This document shows positions 38,052 through 41,739 of a stretch of 41,739 nucleotides of DNA, piece after piece. Within the stretch, counting starts at the first letter, position 1. Each line of letters opens with the position of its first letter. The stretch is from a virus, in IMG/VR virus record IMGVR_UViG_3300036846_000629, positions 1 through 41,739 of that record; one strand, 5' to 3'. The notes beneath the pieces are model-generated. The model did no database searches, was not told the origin of the DNA, and was given only the letters and a program-made list of their open reading frames with translations. The position numbers and the translations under genes were made by a program.

Positions 38052-38140
38052 CAGCCTATGATCCAGAACAGGATGGCCCAGAAGACAATGACCAGCACCG
38101 CCATCACGGTCATTGCGATGAGAAGCTCATGCCAATTCAC
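38051..38140 (-). CDS. Candidate 29-aa hydrophobic micro-ORF with a GTG start.
   Basis: (M)NWHELLIAMTVMAVLVIVFWAILFWIIG*. The stop TGA shares one base with ATG 38051 of the gp10-like gene. Confidence 0.3.
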   Translation of the reverse strand: MNWHELLIAMTVMAVLVIVFWAILFWIIG

Positions 38141-38141
38141 A

Positions 38142-38525
38142 TCAAAAGTACTGCACACGCAGCGGCTCGAATGTGGGACGGCCGCGACTGATCTGCTTGA
38201 GTGCCGTGGCTCCCGCGCCCGAGCCTGGCGGCATGCCGAGGCCTTTGGCCACCAGCCGCGTAAAGTCGTCAGGGCCTGCGGTGAAACGGCCCGCGCACTC
38301 TCCCGCCAGGATGTCGGCTAGCGGCGTGAACAGGGCGCCGGGGATGTTGTTGGCGTCGGCGATGTAGCAGATGTCGAGCCCGGACAGCATTCGGATGGTC
38401 GGATCGACCATCTTGCCGACATATTCCACGTCCTCGACATCCGGCGTCTGGCCGGGCTCCAGCGCATTGAGATTTCCGAGCGTCTGGTTGACGAGGTCAG
38501 TCTGGGTGAGGAATGCGCCGGGCAT
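38142..38525 (-). CDS. Head-completion / adaptor candidate, 127 aa.
   Basis: ORF track. Position between the capsid and hub genes. Confidence 0.5.
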   Translation of the reverse strand: MPGAFLTQTDLVNQTLGNLNALEPGQTPDVEDVEYVGKMVDPTIRMLSGLDICYIADANNIPGALFTPLADILAGECAGRFTAGPDDFTRLVAKGLGMPPGSGAGATALKQISRGRPTFEPLRVQYF

Positions 38526-38559
38526 TGCTTCTTATCTCCGCTCTGGCTGCGCCAACCGC

Positions 38560-39045
38560 TCAGGCCGCCTGCTGTTTCAGATCGAACAGTCGCGCATCGA
38601 ACATCGGGCGCAGATAGTCGATGTCGTCGTCGCCGACGCCACAGCGCTCGCGCATCGCCTCTTCGGTGTTCCAGCGCTCATTGAGTTCGTCGTGATCATC
38701 GATCGCCCTGATCCAGGCGACCGCATGCGCGCGATATTCCTCCGGGGTTTTCGGCAAGGGCGGCCTCCCGCGCTTGGCGCGTACCTGGGTTTCGCCCTCG
38801 ACCACGAAATAAGGATTGGCCTTGGCGATTTCCGACATCGGCTTCCAGCGTTCGACGGTTTTCGACATCGGCCGCTGCGTCGCCGGGTCGGTCCATCGCT
38901 CCACCTCGAGCACGTTGTAGCCATGCTTGGGATTGCGGTCGTCGAGATCGAGCGGCACGTTGGCCTGAAACGTGATGCCGTTCCATGTGTTCGAGGAGGG
39001 GTGTTGCTGGCCGTCATCGGGCGGCACATAGGTCACCTTGGTCAT
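38560..39045 (-). CDS. Hypothetical virion-module protein, 161 aa. Start trimmed to ATG 39045.
   Basis: GAGG RBS. MTKVTYVPPDDGQQHP... Confidence 0.55.
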   Translation of the reverse strand: MTKVTYVPPDDGQQHPSSNTWNGITFQANVPLDLDDRNPKHGYNVLEVERWTDPATQRPMSKTVERWKPMSEIAKANPYFVVEGETQVRAKRGRPPLPKTPEEYRAHAVAWIRAIDDHDELNERWNTEEAMRERCGVGDDDIDYLRPMFDARLFDLKQQAA

Positions 39046-39052
39046 CACTGCC

Positions 39053-39427
39053 TCATCCAAACGTTGCGCTATGCCAGTCGGTCGTTGACGGGTTGCCAAC
39101 GGAGTTGAGGATGGGCATAAAGATGGTAACCTGTCCGGAGCCCATCGCAAGTGGCGCGTCGATGGTGCCGTTCATCTTCTCGCCATGGGCGGGATAGATG
39201 TAGAGCGCGGTCGGCAGATCGTTGACCACAATCACGATCGTATTGGCCTCGCCGGATAGGATGCTCGGCAGGATCAGGCTGCCATTGCCGGGGCCTGACC
39301 TGCATTGCACCAGCGCGTTGTTGATGCGTGTCGCGGTCGCCTGTGTGGTCGCGGGGCCGGGGATCAACTCGACCTTGGCGTACTTGCTGCCCATCAAAAA
39401 CAGCGCCGCTACGGTTATGATGCTCAT
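39053..39427 (-). CDS. Hypothetical virion-module protein, 124 aa. Start trimmed to ATG 39427.
   Basis: AAGGAGA RBS. MSIITVAALFLMGSKYAKVELIPG... Confidence 0.55.
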   Translation of the reverse strand: MSIITVAALFLMGSKYAKVELIPGPATTQATATRINNALVQCRSGPGNGSLILPSILSGEANTIVIVVNDLPTALYIYPAHGEKMNGTIDAPLAMGSGQVTIFMPILNSVGNPSTTDWHSATFG

Positions 39428-39445
39428 GGCATCGTCTCCTTGATT

Positions 39446-39496
39446 GTAGAGAAAGAGCGGCGCGGCCGGCTGAAGGTACTCGCGAGCGCGCGCCGC
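39446..39496 (-). terminator. Intrinsic-terminator-like hairpin after the 194-aa gene: GCGGCGCG, 24-nt loop, CGCGCCGC, followed by TCTTTCTCT on the minus strand.
   Basis: Inverted repeat 39457-39464 / 39489-39496 read directly, with a pyrimidine/T-rich tail. Confidence 0.5.
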
Positions 39497-39539
39497 AGTG
39501 GGTCGATGGGATGTGACCACCACCGACCGGGGAGGAACA

Positions 39540-40124
39540 TCAGCAGGCCGGAGCGGTGGCGCCGGTCGGCACTGGGGTACAACTGCCGTCGTTCGGGGCG
39601 ATATATTCGAACACATAAGTGGCCTGGCCGGCGGTCAGAGGCGCCACGGTGATATTTATCGTGGCCCAGATATCGAAACCGCCTAACGCGCCGGTCTGCG
39701 CAATGCCGTTGCCGGTAACGGTGATGCCGGCGTTGGCCGCAACGATGGTCAGAGCCGTCGCGCCACCTGCAGCCAGCACCGATTGTGCCGCCACCAAGTT
39801 AGCGCTGCCGGATGCGGTTCCAAACGCCACGTTGGCGACTGTTGCCCCGGCAAATGCTGTCGTGACCTGCTGGTACGCGCGGATCATGAACGCGTTATAT
39901 GGCACCGCCCCGACTTTCACCGAGCAGGAGCTTGGCGGTGCGGCGAGAACACATGAGTTGAACGACACAGTAAAGCGCAGGTAGTGCGTCTGCTGGTCGT
40001 TGAACATGCGAGGCGCCGGCGAACGTTGCGCGAGCGCCGGGATGGTGACGGCACAGAGCGCGAGCAGCGTCACCGGCAAGAGCCGGGACGGGCACAGCGC
40101 CAGGGAGCGGAGAAGTTTCCACAT
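39540..40124 (-). CDS. 194-aa protein downstream of the capsid gene, with an N-terminal signal-peptide-like segment.
   Basis: AAGGA RBS at the right spacing for ATG 40124. MWKLLRSLALCPSRLLPVTLLALCAVTIPALA|QR. A/T/G/V-rich beta-type body. Confidence 0.6.
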   Translation of the reverse strand: MWKLLRSLALCPSRLLPVTLLALCAVTIPALAQRSPAPRMFNDQQTHYLRFTVSFNSCVLAAPPSSCSVKVGAVPYNAFMIRAYQQVTTAFAGATVANVAFGTASGSANLVAAQSVLAAGGATALTIVAANAGITVTGNGIAQTGALGGFDIWATINITVAPLTAGQATYVFEYIAPNDGSCTPVPTGATAPAC

Positions 40125-40152
40125 GATGGTGATCCTTGTTGAGGGAATGGCG

Positions 40153-40193
40153 AGCTGGGCAACCGAGCGGTGTGGCGCTCGCGCTGCCCAGCT
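40153..40193 (-). terminator. Stem-loop immediately after the capsid gene: AGCTGGGCA, 23-nt loop, TGCCCAGCT. Candidate attenuator or mRNA stabiliser.
   Basis: 9-bp inverted repeat read directly. No clear U-tract. Confidence 0.4.
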
Positions 40194-40224
40194 AAGACCG
40201 GCGGACAGGGAACGTCAGCCGGTT

Positions 40225-41376
40225 CTACGCGTCGGTAACCGACGCGAAGTAGCCCGTAAACACACCCCATTCTTTGTAGTTACCAGCGGGGTTGAGTTTC
40301 GCGATTTTCTTCATCCCGTACGCCATCATGATGCCGACACCCCGGTAGAATTGGTAATCGTCCTCCTTGAGGAAGGTGGGGGTAGGCATGCGGCCCCAGC
40401 ACCAGGCCATGGCAGATTGCCCGCACAGGAACACCGGTGCGATCGGACCGCCAGATCCGCCTGCGGTAGTGTACGTCACTGGCAGGCGGATATCCATTTC
40501 CGGGATTTCGCGAAAGATGACGCCGCCATAGATCAGATCGCCATCCTGAAACAACGGATTTTCGTCCAGACCATCGCCTTCACGGGGGCGGGCCTGGGTG
40601 TTGGCGGTGATGATCGTGGTGTCGTTCTGCAGATCGCGGAAGCAATTTGAGCCGCAGAACATCACGAAATATTCCCGACCGTTCTTGAGTTTGTACGGCC
40701 GAATGCGCGGGTTCGCCTTCTTGGCGAGCCGCTTCATCTTCATGGCCGAGGCGGCGCTCAGCGTCATCGCCGAGGTGACGTTGAGGGCCGCGGTGGCCCA
40801 CGTCGTTGAGTAGTTCCCGGTGCTGCCGCCGAACAAGACGCGATCGGCGTTGTCGGTCACCCAGGTGTTGCGCTGGGCGGCGGTCGCAGTGTCGAATAGC
40901 TGGCCATTGACGCGCTGACCGCCGGACGAGCCGAGACCGGCCGGAGCCGTCGAGGCGAGTGGCACGGCGAAGAACGCATCGATGATCTCATCGCGCTGGA
41001 GTTCCTTGCCCCAGTCCTCGAGCAGCGGCCGAGCCTGGCCGAACAGGTCGATGGATGATTTCTGCTCTTCTGATCGCGGGATACGAACGGCATTGCGAGC
41101 CCAGTCGATCCAAGCCCGATCGCCGTAGTTGTCGATATTTTCCTCGTTACCGACCAGGGTGCCGGTCGCAACGGGGTTGTTTTTGAGCCTCGCAATCAGC
41201 GGGATGTTGATCTGCTCGCCGCCCTTTTTCAGGTCGTTGATGACACGAATGATGGCGGTGAGTTCTGACCCGATATACGGCGAGAACAGGTTTTGCCGGA
41301 TGTATTCGCGCGTGATCTCCTTGCGGAATACAATGAGTTTGTTGTTACTTTGTACTGTCGTAATGGCCATGGCCAT
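40225..41376 (-). CDS. Major capsid protein, 383 aa. HK97-fold, recalled as N4-gp56 / DUF4043-like.
   Basis: Position after the scaffold gene and size. N-terminal LIVFRKEITREYIRQNLFSPYIG...KGGEQINIPLIARL...LVGNEENIDNYGDRAWIDWARNAVRI pattern. Confidence 0.7.
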   Translation of the reverse strand: MAMAITTVQSNNKLIVFRKEITREYIRQNLFSPYIGSELTAIIRVINDLKKGGEQINIPLIARLKNNPVATGTLVGNEENIDNYGDRAWIDWARNAVRIPRSEEQKSSIDLFGQARPLLEDWGKELQRDEIIDAFFAVPLASTAPAGLGSSGGQRVNGQLFDTATAAQRNTWVTDNADRVLFGGSTGNYSTTWATAALNVTSAMTLSAASAMKMKRLAKKANPRIRPYKLKNGREYFVMFCGSNCFRDLQNDTTIITANTQARPREGDGLDENPLFQDGDLIYGGVIFREIPEMDIRLPVTYTTAGGSGGPIAPVFLCGQSAMAWCWGRMPTPTFLKEDDYQFYRGVGIMMAYGMKKIAKLNPAGNYKEWGVFTGYFASVTDA

Positions 41377-41419
41377 CCCCCATAGGGTATGGCCCCAGCA
41401 CTGTTAGCGGCGTCGAGCG

Positions 41420-41739
41420 TCAGGGCCTCATTGCAAAGGCGAAGACCGAATTGTCGGAGTTGTCATAGAGGTCGGGATTGGATGCGTGCATCGATCCGGA
41501 CCCGCTGGCTCCGTTCAGAGATTTCGGTAATCGCGTCGAGGTGCGGGGACGTCCACCATCGCCCCGGGTGGCTTCGCCGCGCATATCGCTGATGATTTGC
41601 TTGCGAAACTCGGGGTCGGACATGATCTCGCGGGCGACGCGCTGCCGGTAGGCAGCCGGATCGCCGGCGCTTTCGCGGAGGATTTTCTGCTCGCCATACC
41701 AGCGCATCAGAGATTTGCCCGGGTTGGGCGCGTCCCAGA
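41420..41739 (-). CDS. Scaffolding-like protein, C-terminal part. Same gene as 1..779 via the circular junction. 41613-41739 duplicates 1-127.
   Basis: The frame continues from 128..779. It ends ...NSDNSVFAFAMRP* with the stop at 41420-41422. Confidence 0.6.
   Translation of the reverse strand, partial: WDAPNPGKSLMRWYGEQKILRESAGDPAAYRQRVAREIMSDPEFRKQIISDMRGEATRGDGGRPRTSTRLPKSLNGASGSGSMHASNPDLYDNSDNSVFAFAMRP
41613..41739. repeat. Terminal direct repeat, second copy of bases 1-127.
   Basis: Read directly. Confidence 0.95.

Noticed and set aside
37431-40650. Long plus-strand ORFs 37431..38321, 38371..39108 and 40000..40650.
   Set aside because: They are antisense to the gp10-like, adaptor, hypothetical and capsid genes. 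Their products are Arg/Gly/Ala-rich and they have no RBS.

Overview
The window is one complete, circularly assembled temperate phage genome. It is about 41.6 kb, GC-rich, and bases 1-127 are identical to 41613-41739. The host is probably an alphaproteobacterium, because the phage carries a GcrA-like regulator, an MT-A70 methylase, a DUF1376 protein and an attP built on a tRNA-Val 3' fragment.

Layout:
- A long minus-strand lytic/late operon: Cro-like HTH, GcrA-like, methylase, DUF1376, NusG/RfaH-like, TerS-like, TerL, small genes including an RpoA-CTD-like protein, a PARP-like ART-signature protein, portal, secreted Cys-repeat protein, two tailspikes with a shared anchor, a beta-helix protein, scaffold (which wraps the contig junction), capsid, P22-like completion / gp10-like / ejection proteins, tail-collar fibre, lysis genes.
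- A plus-strand early-left/lysogeny operon: CI-like, six small ORFs, ERF recombinase, two orphan genes, Xis-like, tyrosine integrase, attP.
- Four plus-strand accessory genes after attP.

The stand-out signal is a family of seven modular intergenic units whose cores are phase-locked (CGCNN)n pentanucleotide arrays, about 168 pentamers in total. They fill every non-coding gap between erf and xis, with one further copy in the late region. I cannot assign them to any known feature class.

Other notable points:
- A lambda-like OR/OL operator set.
- Three separate transcription-hijack proteins.
- Sec signal peptides on four proteins encoded in the virion module.
- An amidase+DPBB endolysin.
- Two plus-strand micro-genes antisense inside the late operon, one interrupted by an in-frame TGA.

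All product calls rest on motif recognition by eye. No database search or computation was run.
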